Assembly: GCA_000002445.1 (NCBI GenBank)
Contig: CM000207.1
Location: 416,001 to 480,000 of the forward strand
Direction of reading: 5' to 3'
DNA: 64,000 nt
Source of the DNA: Trypanosoma brucei
Lineage: Eukaryota
This document shows positions 19,981 to 30,710 of this stretch, piece by piece. Numbering within the stretch: position 1 is the stretch's first letter; the number at the start of each line of letters is the position of its first letter. A model generated the notes under the pieces. That model searched no databases and was not told the origin of the DNA. It saw only the letters and a list, made by a program, of their open reading frames with translations. Made by a program: the position numbers and the translations under genes.

Positions 19981-21909
19981 TTATTCACTCAGTACCTTAA
20001 CAAACTCATTCGGCCGAAGCAAGGACGTCCCTCCAATGATAAACTCGCACCCAAGTTTCTTTGTTGCCTCATACGCTGCTCGAATTTCACTGAAGGTAAT
20101 TCCACCCAACACAAAAAATACGAAGCGCTGTTTGCTCGACCGCCCACCAACGTTCCCAGTGCCCGCCAAATCGTGTACTGCCTTCGGTAGCGGGGGGAGC
20201 GCGGCAATAGCGGCGAGAGGTTTTTCACTGGCGCTGCTAAGCGTATCGCTTATGGCGGATCCTTTGTCACTCCATAACGCACTCGACCCCAGAGCCACAC
20301 GCAATGACTTTTTTGTGTTCGCACCGCCGGAAGGGGCGGTATTGGAAGTGGCATCCCCGCTGGACTCATCTGACCGTGTCACATACTTATAGTCCGCCGT
20401 GTCAAGTTTGTTCCCTGCCAAGGCTTCCATAATCTGATATGTCTGCGTGATGAAAGGGTCTTTTTCCGCCGAAGTTTTTGCATTCCGCCCCTCGGGATTA
20501 AGTTTTCCTACTCTGCTCGTCAGTTGTTCTAGTTTAGAGAAGGCGCCAGCTACCTCCGTTAGTTCTGACTGTTTGATAAGCGTTTGTTTCTTTGCCTCTG
20601 AGTATTCAGAGGTGTCAGTTGCAGCGGACAGCAACAAAAGCAGCCGCAGTCGCACATCCCTCGGCACTGCCTGATCCTTTATGATGTGCCGCACCGTTTC
20701 AAAGTTCGTTTTGAACGACTTACGACCAGCAGCTATATCCTGCTCTGCTTCGCAGACAACATCGAGGCATTGTTCCCGATAAAGATTAAAAATTTTTGTG
20801 CAGATATCAATGTGTACAGACAACCTTCCTTGATCCTTCTGAAACGTAGAGAGCACCCGCGTGACATTGCTAAGTTCCGTGATGCTTGGTGATGCTTCCC
20901 TCGTGTTAACCAGATGGGGATTCTCATTGTGGAGTTTCTTGAGTTCTGCAGGAAACTCTTCCATGCACTCGGCGAAAAACCGATGTCGGTACTGACACCA
21001 GTAGGGGTCCTCTTCATCGACGGAGAGTTCACGCGTGGAGCGCTCCCCCGAGCGTGTTTCAAACTTTTGCACGTACATATCGTTTTCGAGGGGCATCAAA
21101 TCTTCCAGTAAACATTGGTATGTTCTGTGGTGCATCAGCGGGGTAACGGTGTCGAACGACCTATCGAGAATAATCAACACGGGTTTACTGCTGTCCACCC
21201 CGTCGTCGTCAACCCCATTTTCAAAGTTTGGTACACTGATGGCCAACTTGGCCAGTTCGTCTAGCAGTAATCGAGAGAATACCTCGCAGCTCTGGCTTCT
21301 CCCCTGGGCGCGGACAACAGGAATACCACCTCCCATTGCATGAAGTACTTGTGTTAGCCGCGCTGCGGCTTCAGACAGAAAACTCTCACACTGTGGTGAC
21401 TGCATGGGTAACATCAGTCTTGATAAATCATTCTGCATATTGAAGTGGAAGACTAATCGCTCGGGGACCAAGAAATTCAGCATCATATCTTTAAAACCGG
21501 TCACTCTCTGCGCAACTCTTGCGCGCGCAAGTCGTTGCATGTAACTGTCAGGGGTCGTTCCCAGGGCAAAAAGGTGAACCTCCTTGTACGGGTCCTTTTC
21601 TTCCCAGTCATCAATGATGCGCTCCACCGACTCGTCGTTGGGATCAAAGAAGTACATGGCGGGTAGGCAGATTAAGGGTTGCCGTTTCTTTTTAAGGTCC
21701 TCCACTAACGCGACTCCATGTTCCATGAGGTCATTCATTCTCGCAAAACTATTGAGAACCACCGCTGAGGGGGGGTCGCAAATGATAACTTTATATTTCC
21801 CGGGAACGGCGTCTAGCATGTTTTTAAACACATACCTTTGCACGCAGCTGCGTATGCCCGGACTTTCAGGCGGTTTCTGTTTCGACAGCTTTGCATGGTT
21901 GCTCATCAT
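19981..21909 (-). CDS. Sec1/Munc18 (SM) family protein (syntaxin-binding; vesicle-fusion regulator). The paralogue (Sec1, Vps45, Sly1 or Vps33) is not assignable by eye.
   Basis: The 642-aa protein has SM-family hallmarks: PVLIILDRSFDTVTPLMHHRTYQCLLEDL (the ILDR...D..TP..H..TYQ motif) and the C-terminal FVFFVLGGITFSEIRAAYE (the VGG.T..E motif). A purine-rich tract lies upstream at 21930-22010. Confidence 0.85.
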   Translation of the reverse strand: MMSNHAKLSKQKPPESPGIRSCVQRYVFKNMLDAVPGKYKVIICDPPSAVVLNSFARMNDLMEHGVALVEDLKKKRQPLICLPAMYFFDPNDESVERIIDDWEEKDPYKEVHLFALGTTPDSYMQRLARARVAQRVTGFKDMMLNFLVPERLVFHFNMQNDLSRLMLPMQSPQCESFLSEAAARLTQVLHAMGGGIPVVRAQGRSQSCEVFSRLLLDELAKLAISVPNFENGVDDDGVDSSKPVLIILDRSFDTVTPLMHHRTYQCLLEDLMPLENDMYVQKFETRSGERSTRELSVDEEDPYWCQYRHRFFAECMEEFPAELKKLHNENPHLVNTREASPSITELSNVTRVLSTFQKDQGRLSVHIDICTKIFNLYREQCLDVVCEAEQDIAAGRKSFKTNFETVRHIIKDQAVPRDVRLRLLLLLSAATDTSEYSEAKKQTLIKQSELTEVAGAFSKLEQLTSRVGKLNPEGRNAKTSAEKDPFITQTYQIMEALAGNKLDTADYKYVTRSDESSGDATSNTAPSGGANTKKSLRVALGSSALWSDKGSAISDTLSSASEKPLAAIAALPPLPKAVHDLAGTGNVGGRSSKQRFVFFVLGGITFSEIRAAYEATKKLGCEFIIGGTSLLRPNEFVKVLSE

Positions 21910-22088
21910 TTCCTTTCACAACAAAGTGTATAGTTAATAGATCACGAAGAAAGAAAAGGAACAAGAAAAAGAGAGCCGATTTTTTTTTGTTTTTCCAGAC
22001 TTGACATGGCGAAGGTTCTACCACCATTGTTGTGAGGTTCTTGTCGCAGATTTTACGGTGACAGGCGGCCGCCAGCCGTTACCAAAAC

Positions 22089-22089
22089 G

Positions 22090-22128
<39 letters not shown>
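22089..22128. repeat. Compound microsatellite (CA)n(TA)n in the intergenic region upstream of the Sec1-family gene.
   Basis: The tract acacacacacacacatatatatatatatatatatatat is read directly. Confidence 0.95.
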
Positions 22129-22454
22129 GGATACGTGCACGCGTGAAGACGGGATATGTAGGGTTCATACCTGCCAGTGACAGAATGGACAAGTACATAG
22201 CGCGTTTGTGCGCACATCTGTGGTGATTTTGTTTTTTTTTGAAATATTTTCTCGTACATAAGAGAGGAAAAAGAAGACGTATACAAGAAAAGGACAGGGA
22301 AATGTTTTATCTACATGTTTTCGTTGAGATACTTTTCTTCATTTTACTTTTCTTCTCCCATTTTCCCCCTTTTCTACTCTGGTGGAAGAGATGCCTGGTA
22401 GCGTTAACGCCGCCCCCCCCCCACAAAAAGAAATTAACCTGCGCACGGTGGCCT

Positions 22455-24569
22455 CTACCGACTCGTCATGTTGTATGACACGTTATAATGCCCAGGACCA
22501 GGCGCCCGGGGGTTCTTGCGTTCCCACCTCTCGGACTGCAATCGATGACCACAGAACTGTGTCTCTTTGGTTATTTGCCTCTCAAAAAGCGGAACCGACT
22601 TGCATTTGTAGGGGATGTCAACATTGTAGACTGCCTGGGCACCGCATCCACCGGTGTTGAATAATCGCGCACGTTTTTCGCGCGAAACGTGTGTTTCAAT
22701 CATCGGGTTCCCCACCACACGAGGTTCTACTAGTCGGCGATTGCTGGTATCATAGCAAAGGTCATGCATCACTTGCCAGGTCGCAGGCGGCCGCGAGCTC
22801 CCATTTATTTTTGCTGCACGCTCTGTTGTTGGTTTCACCCATTTGTAATTCGGTACCTCGCCAATCTCCGCTGGGTTCGGTTGGTGCAATGGCGTGTGAC
22901 CAGGGGCCTTCGGGTTTATATACACCGCTACCGAACGTTTTGTCACAGGAGCCAAATTAACATTCTCCGGGGCCTCTGGCGCAACTGAAGTTGGTGCAAA
23001 GGAGCTCCGACCTTTCATCCTGGAAAACTGCCGTACCCGCGGGGCGTCACAACGATCGAACATGCCGCGAGGGAATGAGGTGTCGCGCTCGATCGACACG
23101 GAGCGGTCCACATTCTTCATCCGCTGCTGCTTCTCCAATTGCTCTTCAGTCGACAGCCGCGGTGCCATTAGTACGTTGCGAGTGCGCCGCCTCACGGCGT
23201 TCAATGCATTATCCACATCGGCGACATCCGGCACTGCTCTGTACGGGGGAGCCTTATTCAACCAGTGTTTCTCCCGTGTACTCTCACGGTCCATGGCGAC
23301 AATACGGTGGGGATTGTGCGCGATGTCACCTCCGACGTCGTACATACCCACCGCCGCCGCTGCCGCGACCGCCTCACGTTTTCGCTCAGTCACAGTAAAA
23401 GCGAACTTTGCGGGGCAGCGGACACGCTTAACAGTGGAACGAACATCGGCGTACGGGAAGTAGTCCAAGTCTGCTGCGGCACTCCGTGCACTGGCGACAG
23501 ATCGCGGCGTTTTAGATGTGAAGAAATAGCTCCCTGTGTTTGCCGGAGCCAACCGCTCGCGCACAACGAACGCGGGTTCCGGGACGCGGTAAGTAACACT
23601 CACTGCGAAGTCCCGCACGCTCTCCGCGCCGTGGATAGAAGGTGTCTGACAATCGAACACAGTTTTAGGGCGCGACAAACTGAGTTCCTCTGGTTGTTCC
23701 TCTTCTTTAACAGTTCGGGTACGTGGAGGGGCAATATACCCGCCAGTTACCCGTGGTTCCACCTGGCTGAAGCGCAGGTGGTAGTGTCCCAGTTCCGGAT
23801 GCCACACCCCAGGCAATGAGGACCCGTCGTGGAAGCGTTTCGCACGCTTGAAACTTGGTGATACCGACCTACCTGTCTCCCTCGGCGACTTCGCGCGACC
23901 TGAAAGCGTGGTTGCCCCCATTCCGTTTGCTGTTGCGGACAGCTGCGCCTCAGGGAGAATCGCAGCATTAAATTCAGAGGCCGTGGTCCAGTGCTCACGG
24001 CCCACGGCGTCAGAAACCGCGTCCGCATCGATGAGCCTATTCGCTGGAAGCATGAAGAGCGTAGTCTCCAGTTGCCGCGCGTCATCGGGATGTGGGGCGT
24101 TCTCAGTCGTCTTTTGCGCCATACGAGCCGTCCGTAACGCATCGATGCGGTAGGGACGAAAACTACTAATCAGTTCGTCGTTGTCTGCTATGTGTTTGAT
24201 CGTCTCCGCTGTGGGTACCATATCAACGATGGTGTTGTACCCGGCGCCCTCGATGATGGTGCCGCCCAGGTCGTTATTTACGTCAGCCGCCGCCTTTGTG
24301 CACGAAGGCGCCATGGTGCGGAGCTCTGGTAATACAAGACGGAATTCTGCCGCTACGTCCCAAGCTTTTTGGGACTCCCTTTGGAGCTGTAGCAGCCGCT
24401 CCCGCTCCTTTTTGCCGACGGACTGCACATTCTGAGAGATGCCGGCGCGACGGAGAAACGCATCACTTTTGTCGATTGAACAACCAACGCGGCTGAGACT
24501 CGGCTGGATGGTTGTCACGATCCGATTCAACATCTGCACGTCATCTAGAGCATTGTCCACAACCACCAT
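22455..24569 (-). CDS. Hypothetical protein of 704 aa with weak, scattered P-G-rich motifs that might be sperm-tail PG-rich (STPGR)-type repeats.
   Basis: The ORF is long with a purine-rich upstream tract (24800-24960). The motifs PGPGHYNVSY, PRVTGGYIAPP and APGHTPLHQ recall PGPGxY repeats of flagellar STPGR proteins, but the resemblance is weak. No enzymatic motif is recognised. Confidence 0.55.
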   Translation of the reverse strand: MVVVDNALDDVQMLNRIVTTIQPSLSRVGCSIDKSDAFLRRAGISQNVQSVGKKERERLLQLQRESQKAWDVAAEFRLVLPELRTMAPSCTKAAADVNNDLGGTIIEGAGYNTIVDMVPTAETIKHIADNDELISSFRPYRIDALRTARMAQKTTENAPHPDDARQLETTLFMLPANRLIDADAVSDAVGREHWTTASEFNAAILPEAQLSATANGMGATTLSGRAKSPRETGRSVSPSFKRAKRFHDGSSLPGVWHPELGHYHLRFSQVEPRVTGGYIAPPRTRTVKEEEQPEELSLSRPKTVFDCQTPSIHGAESVRDFAVSVTYRVPEPAFVVRERLAPANTGSYFFTSKTPRSVASARSAAADLDYFPYADVRSTVKRVRCPAKFAFTVTERKREAVAAAAAVGMYDVGGDIAHNPHRIVAMDRESTREKHWLNKAPPYRAVPDVADVDNALNAVRRRTRNVLMAPRLSTEEQLEKQQRMKNVDRSVSIERDTSFPRGMFDRCDAPRVRQFSRMKGRSSFAPTSVAPEAPENVNLAPVTKRSVAVYINPKAPGHTPLHQPNPAEIGEVPNYKWVKPTTERAAKINGSSRPPATWQVMHDLCYDTSNRRLVEPRVVGNPMIETHVSREKRARLFNTGGCGAQAVYNVDIPYKCKSVPLFERQITKETQFCGHRLQSERWERKNPRAPGPGHYNVSYNMTSR

Positions 24570-24799
24570 GATGGTCGCACTCGTCTAGATAATGTCTCAC
24601 CCTACCCCTGCTGTGTAAAACCTAACGAGAAACAATGAACTCTTCTCACCGTTGCCGTTCAGTTATCTCCTTTCCCGCGCGCAAATGTGGCTCCGGGCTC
24701 TACTCTAAAGAACAGTCAGAAGCAACAACAACAACAACAACAAAGTCGTGCTGCTGCAGAAACACGGCGTTTCCTTCCTCCCTTTATTTGCCTTCACAA

Positions 24800-24960
24800 T
24801 AGTTGTTGGGGAAAAGAAAGAAGGAGTGGGGGGCAATAATGGGCAGGAAAAAAAAAGAAAAGACCGCGGGTAAATGATGGGCTAAGGGATAGTAAGGCAG
24901 AGGCGGACCGCACCGATAGGAGGTTGCACCTCCGTTGAAGAGGAGAAGAAAAAAGAGTGA
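24800..24960 (-). promoter_or_regulatory. Polypyrimidine tract (on the coding, minus strand) upstream of the 22455-24569 gene, a candidate trans-splicing/polyadenylation signal region.
   Basis: The plus strand here is strongly purine-rich (ggggaaaagaaagaaggagtggggggcaataatgggcaggaaaaaaaaagaaaag...). The same pattern appears upstream of the other supported genes (for example 900-1060, 21930-22010, 37500-37640, 55620-55710). Confidence 0.5.
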
Positions 24961-25165
24961 AGACGGCTACACGTTCGTTTTGGTTGTTCGTTCGCTTGCC
25001 CCCCCCCGTCACAACTCGGGAGGAGAATAGAAATGCGATGGAACGCACAGGGGGGAGGGAGTAATTTCGTGGGTAGTGTGCGCGCGCGTGGGGAAGGGGA
25101 AAAGATGCAGCTGCTTGTTGTAGAGAGAGGAAGATCACAAAAGGTAAAAACAAACAATCGAAAAC

Positions 25166-25189
25166 ATATATATATATATATATATATAT
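25166..25189. repeat. (TA)12 microsatellite within a 2.2-kb ORF-free gap.
   Basis: The tract atatatatatatatatatatatat is read directly. Confidence 0.95.
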
Positions 25190-26830
25190 GCATTAAAATA
25201 CGTGGAGCTACATACTTTAAAAGTAAAAATTAAATAAACATACCACGTTTCGGCTTTTTTTTCTTCAAAGGGGGGATGAGCGGGACCGTTAGTGTTGTCC
25301 CTGGGCACACACACAAAAAAAAAACGACAGCAGCAACCAAGTACAAGGAGTTGCGCAGTTGGGGAGGGATGCGATAGGGACGGAGTAGACAAACCGACAC
25401 ACACACACACACACTCACGGGCAGGTGTTTGATACAAGAGTAACAATCAAGAAGGTAGTGGCAACAACGCAAAGAACAAAGACAGTGATAAATAGACGGA
25501 GCGCAAGCCCCTCCCCGCCACAGCAACCCACATTAAAACATCACTCTCTTCACTTCCCTTAGAACTCTCCCACTTTCATGTATTCCTGCCTGTTTAACTT
25601 TCTTTTCCTTTTGATTCCTCTGCCCCGCCCTTCCAACCACTTGGGTCGTTGCCCACGCAACCCAAATTCAACCACATGCCTTTCCGAGTATTTCCTTCAC
25701 CACTCAACGTGGCCAAAAGATCCCCCACCATTTTTACTTGTTTATTCCTCTCCAGCGATAATGGAGGTGCCGCCCAACTCCCTTTTGCTTTCCGCTGCTG
25801 CCACCATTACTGCTCCCATGCACTGCATTTTGGTCATACGGAAGAGGGAGTTGGAGAGGAGTGCGGTGAAGGGTGTTATGAGTCGAAATCGTAACAACTG
25901 GTGGGGCGATGCGGATAAATGGTAGTGAAACAAAACACACAGAGTAAATAGCATGCGACCAAGCACAAGTACCAAACGCAAAAGTTATAATAGAGAGATG
26001 GCGAGAAGAAAGGAGTGACACTAATAACTACTAACGGATAAGAATAAAGGATATGGTAGGTGTGTTTGTTGAAACGAACCCCCTTCCCCAATCATTTGCC
26101 CTCACCGTCATTAATGAAACACCATAACCAAGCCGAATACCAGCGAAAAAAAGGAAACACCTACCAGCGAACAGACGACGACACAAACCGAATACGGCAA
26201 CGCGAAGAAATAGTTTCTTTGTTTTTCTTCAGCCTTCCGGGCACATGCCCACCCTTCCCCATCTCATACAGCTACCGACACATTTCCCTATGCGTGAGAC
26301 GTGCCGTTTACAAAGCGAAAGCACACACACACACACAAAAAAAAACACAACCGAAACATAACCAATCGTACACACACTCACATTGTAGTAGAAAGTTCCC
26401 CCTCCCGTTTAGTTTTTGCTCACGCGTAAATATATTTGTCCAGCAACCTCTCCTCACTCGGGCTGCTTTTTTTTTTTGCATGTTTCGCTGCCCCTACCCT
26501 GTTTTCCTTTATCAGCATCCACAGCCCTCTACACCTCCTGATGCTTTCCACCAGTTGCACACCCTCACAAAAATGAAAGAAATAATAAAAAAAAAAGAAA
26601 CAACAGCTGATCGCTACAATTTGCTTCAAAGTTCCCAGTTTCTCTTCATATCTATCGACCCCTCATCTCACTCTGATACCCCATGATCCAAACTTAGTCA
26701 GCCCCGCGTGTGAGCACCTCAGTTCCGAAACATTACCAACCCTTTCACACTAATGGATTCCCCCCCCTTTCCATTTATCTTTTCCTCACACCTGCCACCT
26801 AAAAGTCCCCGTCCACAAACTCCCAGGGAC

Positions 26831-28222
26831 TTAAAAACACTCGGCTATGGCACGCGCGGCAAGCAGCACATCCTTGAAAGTGTTGTACAACGGCACTGGA
26901 GCGAGGAAGACAAGGTCCGTCGAGCACGTACTAACAATAATACCGACATCACGCAGATACCGCTCCATGCACTCCGCGTCACTTTCACTCTCACCCCCAT
27001 ATGAGGCCCGTGGCGTAAGGCTCGCTGACAATTTATTGGGTAGTATACGAATAGTCAACTGTGCTCCGCGCTGGCTTGGGTCGACGGAGGTCAAAAGGCG
27101 GATGGAGCCAGGCGGAACCAACTCACCGAGCAATAACTCCAAATAGGATGTCAGCAAAAGTGATTTCTCGCGTAGTGAGTCCATGCCAACCTTTGCTATG
27201 AGGCGCACACTTGGTAACAGGGCCATCATGCCAAGCACTGACACATTACTGAGCTGAAACCCTGCAGCGCCTTCCGCAGGCTCAAATTTATAGGACGGAT
27301 CAATGAGATCCCGCGGTTCGTGACCCCTACAGCCACGGAGCGTCTTGAGCTCACTCCCAACCTGCGTATGCTTCGTGTGCACAAAGGCACCAGCAAGGTT
27401 TCCTGGCCCGCTGTTTAGGTATCTATAAGTGCACCAACTTGCAAAATCCACCTCCCACTCGTGCAATTTGAGAGGCACGTTACCCACGGCGTGCGCACAA
27501 TCCACACCCACGATGATGCCTTTGGCGTGCGCGGCCTTCGTTATGGCCTGCACGTCAACCAGTTGCCCCGTAATAAAGTGGAGGGCGCTGAGTAGTATCA
27601 CCGCAATCTCACTCCCCCGCTTGTCGATGATGGAGAGGTATTCGGTCATTGGTATGTGTGCTGGGGAATCTTTCCCATCCTCATCTTTAGGAGCACACAC
27701 AGTGATGAGGTCCTCCGCTGGGTTAAGGCCCCGGGCCTCCAATTGCGACATCACCGCATAAACATTGTTGGGAAGGGCATAGTTCCCCATCATCACTAGC
27801 CGCCGATTTCCTTTCGGCTTGTAGAAGGCTATTAGCAACAAATGCAAGTTCACCGTGTAGGAATTCATTGTGATTACCTCACTCTCCTGCGCCCCGACAA
27901 TTTCCGCGATCTCCTTCCGGCCAAGGCGATCGACCTCAGCCCACGGGTTAGGGTGTTGGAATTCAGCGAGCACGCCGAGCTCACGCCACCGCTTCAGGGC
28001 ACCAGCAACACTCGACTCCACGTCCTTGTGCTGCAAACCAAGTGTTTGCCCACAGAGGTAAACGTGATCGGAACCGTCGCGCCGCTTTGGAATATTAAAG
28101 GCGTCGCGATGCACTTGCAGTGGGTCATTGCGGTCCATGCACTCAGCAAAACCATCTTCGGTGAGCGCAAGACCCTCGGCTCGTGCGGTGCTAAGAAGTT
28201 TTTCCGCTGCGTTATTGCGCAT
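26831..28222 (-). CDS. Kynureninase-like PLP-dependent enzyme (class V aminotransferase fold), with Arg where the PLP Schiff-base Lys is expected.
   Basis: The 463-aa protein has an N-terminal FNIPK...VYLCGQTLGLQ and the family core ...VDFASWCTYRYLNSGPGNLAGAFVHTKH, which corresponds to kynureninase ..[24 protein letters not shown]. The expected Lys codon reads AGA (Arg) here. Confidence 0.8.
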   Translation of the reverse strand: MRNNAAEKLLSTARAEGLALTEDGFAECMDRNDPLQVHRDAFNIPKRRDGSDHVYLCGQTLGLQHKDVESSVAGALKRWRELGVLAEFQHPNPWAEVDRLGRKEIAEIVGAQESEVITMNSYTVNLHLLLIAFYKPKGNRRLVMMGNYALPNNVYAVMSQLEARGLNPAEDLITVCAPKDEDGKDSPAHIPMTEYLSIIDKRGSEIAVILLSALHFITGQLVDVQAITKAAHAKGIIVGVDCAHAVGNVPLKLHEWEVDFASWCTYRYLNSGPGNLAGAFVHTKHTQVGSELKTLRGCRGHEPRDLIDPSYKFEPAEGAAGFQLSNVSVLGMMALLPSVRLIAKVGMDSLREKSLLLTSYLELLLGELVPPGSIRLLTSVDPSQRGAQLTIRILPNKLSASLTPRASYGGESESDAECMERYLRDVGIIVSTCSTDLVFLAPVPLYNTFKDVLLAARAIAECF

Positions 28223-28483
28223 ATAGGCGTCGAATGTATTGGAAGCGGTGTACTTGCACTTGGGTGCACGTTATACCCTCCGCTACTTCGGCTACTTCTT
28301 TGGCGACCTGCTCCGTCTCTGTTATGTACGTAAGCTATGCGTTCCAGGTGCTTAACTTTACACCAGTTGATGTATAAGGTTACCCGATACGATTCTACTT
28401 TTTCACCCTTCCCTTAGTTGTCAGCCCCCAGGATACCGGAGAATAATGACTAATTTCCTCCCTTACCCCGCTTCCCTTACGTT

Positions 28484-28506
28484 TTATTATTATTATTATT
28501 ATTATT
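28484..28506. repeat. (TTA)n microsatellite at the start of an approximately 300-bp CT-rich tract.
   Basis: The tract ttattattattattattattatt is read directly. Confidence 0.9.
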
Positions 28507-29471
28507 TTTTACTTCCTCAAAGTTCAAGCGCACTATTTGCCTGTGTAAATGCTTCTTTCCTTATTTATTTGCTTAGTTTTCACAACTTCTGTGCTTCCTC
28601 CCCTTTGTTTGCTTCTCTCTGCTTTTTTTTCCCCCTTCACCTTTCCCTACTTATTTCCCCTCGTTTCTACTGTATTTTGTTTTTCCCCCTTATTATTTTT
28701 GTCTTCCTTTTATTTCCTTTCCTTACCAAAAAGGTTTGAGACAAGTTCCTTGGCGACGCCGTGACGGAGGAAAAAGGGGGGAAAAGGGGTAAGTGTATGT
28801 ATTTATGTATGTGTGTGTGTGTGACGTAACGTGACATGTACACACGTATGGCGACACCGCAACGAGTGATAAAAAGAAGAGGAGGATAACGACAGACGAA
28901 AAAAGGGAATAAAAAAATGAGAGCAGGCGATGGTAATGATGGAGCGCGTCATCTCAGTGGTGAGGGCCCTTCTTCTCCACCCCTCCCCCTCAACTTCATA
29001 CCCAATTTCAACCGAATTAGTTCAGTGCTGCGGCGATTAGAAAATATATAACCAAGTGGTTGTAGGCGGCTGCATCCAAACGACACTATCAATAGCTTTT
29101 GTCTGTGTCGAATATCCGGGTGAGAATGCTCATGGGGGGGGGGGGGAACTTGGGTACTACTACTACTTCAACTTCATACATGCATGAAAAAGTAAGAGAT
29201 GAATAAGAGAATTGGAATTCTAAAGGTATGAGCTTTTTTGTAGCGCAAGTAGGAGACACCCCTCAATGCTCCTCTTTTTCGATGGTTGCTAAATTATATT
29301 AAAAATTAGGAAAATACCGCATAGGAGGGAGGGGACGGGGGGACCAAAACCGAAAGAGACGCTAGCACAGTTGACCGATTCATATGGATGCACACGTGCT
29401 TACCGCATGTGTTTCCTTCCTTCTGTTTTTGCATTCTCAGTGTTCTCAGCATTCACTTGCTTCCTCGATCC

Positions 29472-29720
29472 TCATTTGCTCGGTGTGTTCTTGTTGGCGT
29501 GCGAACGGGAAGTGACGGTGATCTTCTTTACGGATGGATGGATGGAGCGTTCGATCTTGTCAGCCTTCTTTTTGTCAGCCATCACGAGGGTGTAAAGGTG
29601 GCGACTGCAACGGACCTTGAATTTGGTCACCTTCGGGTTGTGCTTCACCTTCACACAACGGGCATCCTTGCGACTGCAAATAGCAAGGAACTCCTTGAGG
29701 TTCTTGATCTCACGCGGCAT
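29472..29720 (-). CDS. RPL38: 60S ribosomal protein L38 (eL38).
   Basis: The 82-aa protein [59 protein letters not shown]... is collinear with eukaryotic RPL38 ([53 protein letters not shown]). Confidence 0.9.
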   Translation of the reverse strand: MPREIKNLKEFLAICSRKDARCVKVKHNPKVTKFKVRCSRHLYTLVMADKKKADKIERSIHPSVKKITVTSRSHANKNTPSK

Positions 29721-30710
29721 TTCTGCCCCTTAGGGGTAACGTTGCAAGGTATAAGTTGCCATTTGTGTGATGCACAACGGCGGCACACAGAAGGACATGA
29801 TGGAATGGGTGGGGGTTTTGTGTGTGTGTGTGTTGGGGGAACAAGTGAAGAAAATGGAAGGAGAAAATTAATAGAAAATAATCGTGTAGTAAGTTGGGGG
29901 ACACATCAAGCACAAAATGAAAGAAATGGCAGCTCAGAGCCCTTTGCACACAAGGGCAACAACATTAGGGCCACGGGTAAAAAAACAACGTCCTCGTTCG
30001 GTGAGTTCGTGTATATATAATATTTTGTGAGCTCGAGCCGATTAAACAAAGAAAAAAATTGTGAAAAAACCAACGGAAGTAACGACAGTTGCGGGTGAAA
30101 ACGAGCAATTGCATGAGTTTGAAGCGTTTCCTTGTTTTTTTTCCCCGCTACCTGTTGTTTCCTTCACAGCGCACCTGCACAATTTGAAGCTTCAGTTTCT
30201 TTCAGTCTGCTCAATTATCAGTTTCATTCGCATCTTTCCAACGTGTGCACGACCACACTCAGTGCTCAAATATAGTAGTTTGCATATCTAAAAAAAACAA
30301 AAAGAGAAGTTATTTATGCACGCGTCCGAACGTTAACAAACAGAATGAAGGGAAAATATAACCGTAAGAGGGGAAATACATCGAGCGCTGCATTCATTCA
30401 CCCGAGTGGGTGAATAATGTCAGGTCATCACTGTACGATTCTATGTGAGGGAACCTCCGACCGAAAGGCCCCAGTAAGAAATGACGGGGTGAAAGGAGAG
30501 GAGTACCAACTCTTCCGTCGTCAGGCTCGTTAAAACGCGCCTCAACCCCCCCCCCCCCAAAAAAAAAAAAGAAACAAACAAACGAAAAAGGGACGGAGAA
30601 TAGAGGAAAAAACAATTACTCCCTCATGTATGTAAAAAGCGATACAAAATCCGGTATTGCAACGGTGCTCATAATGCGAGACACAATATGGCGAGTGTGA
30701 GCCTCTCTCA

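Noticed and set aside
29388-30020. 210-aa plus-strand ORF
   Set aside because: It overlaps, in antisense, the well-supported RPL38 CDS. Its composition is poor and it has no motifs.
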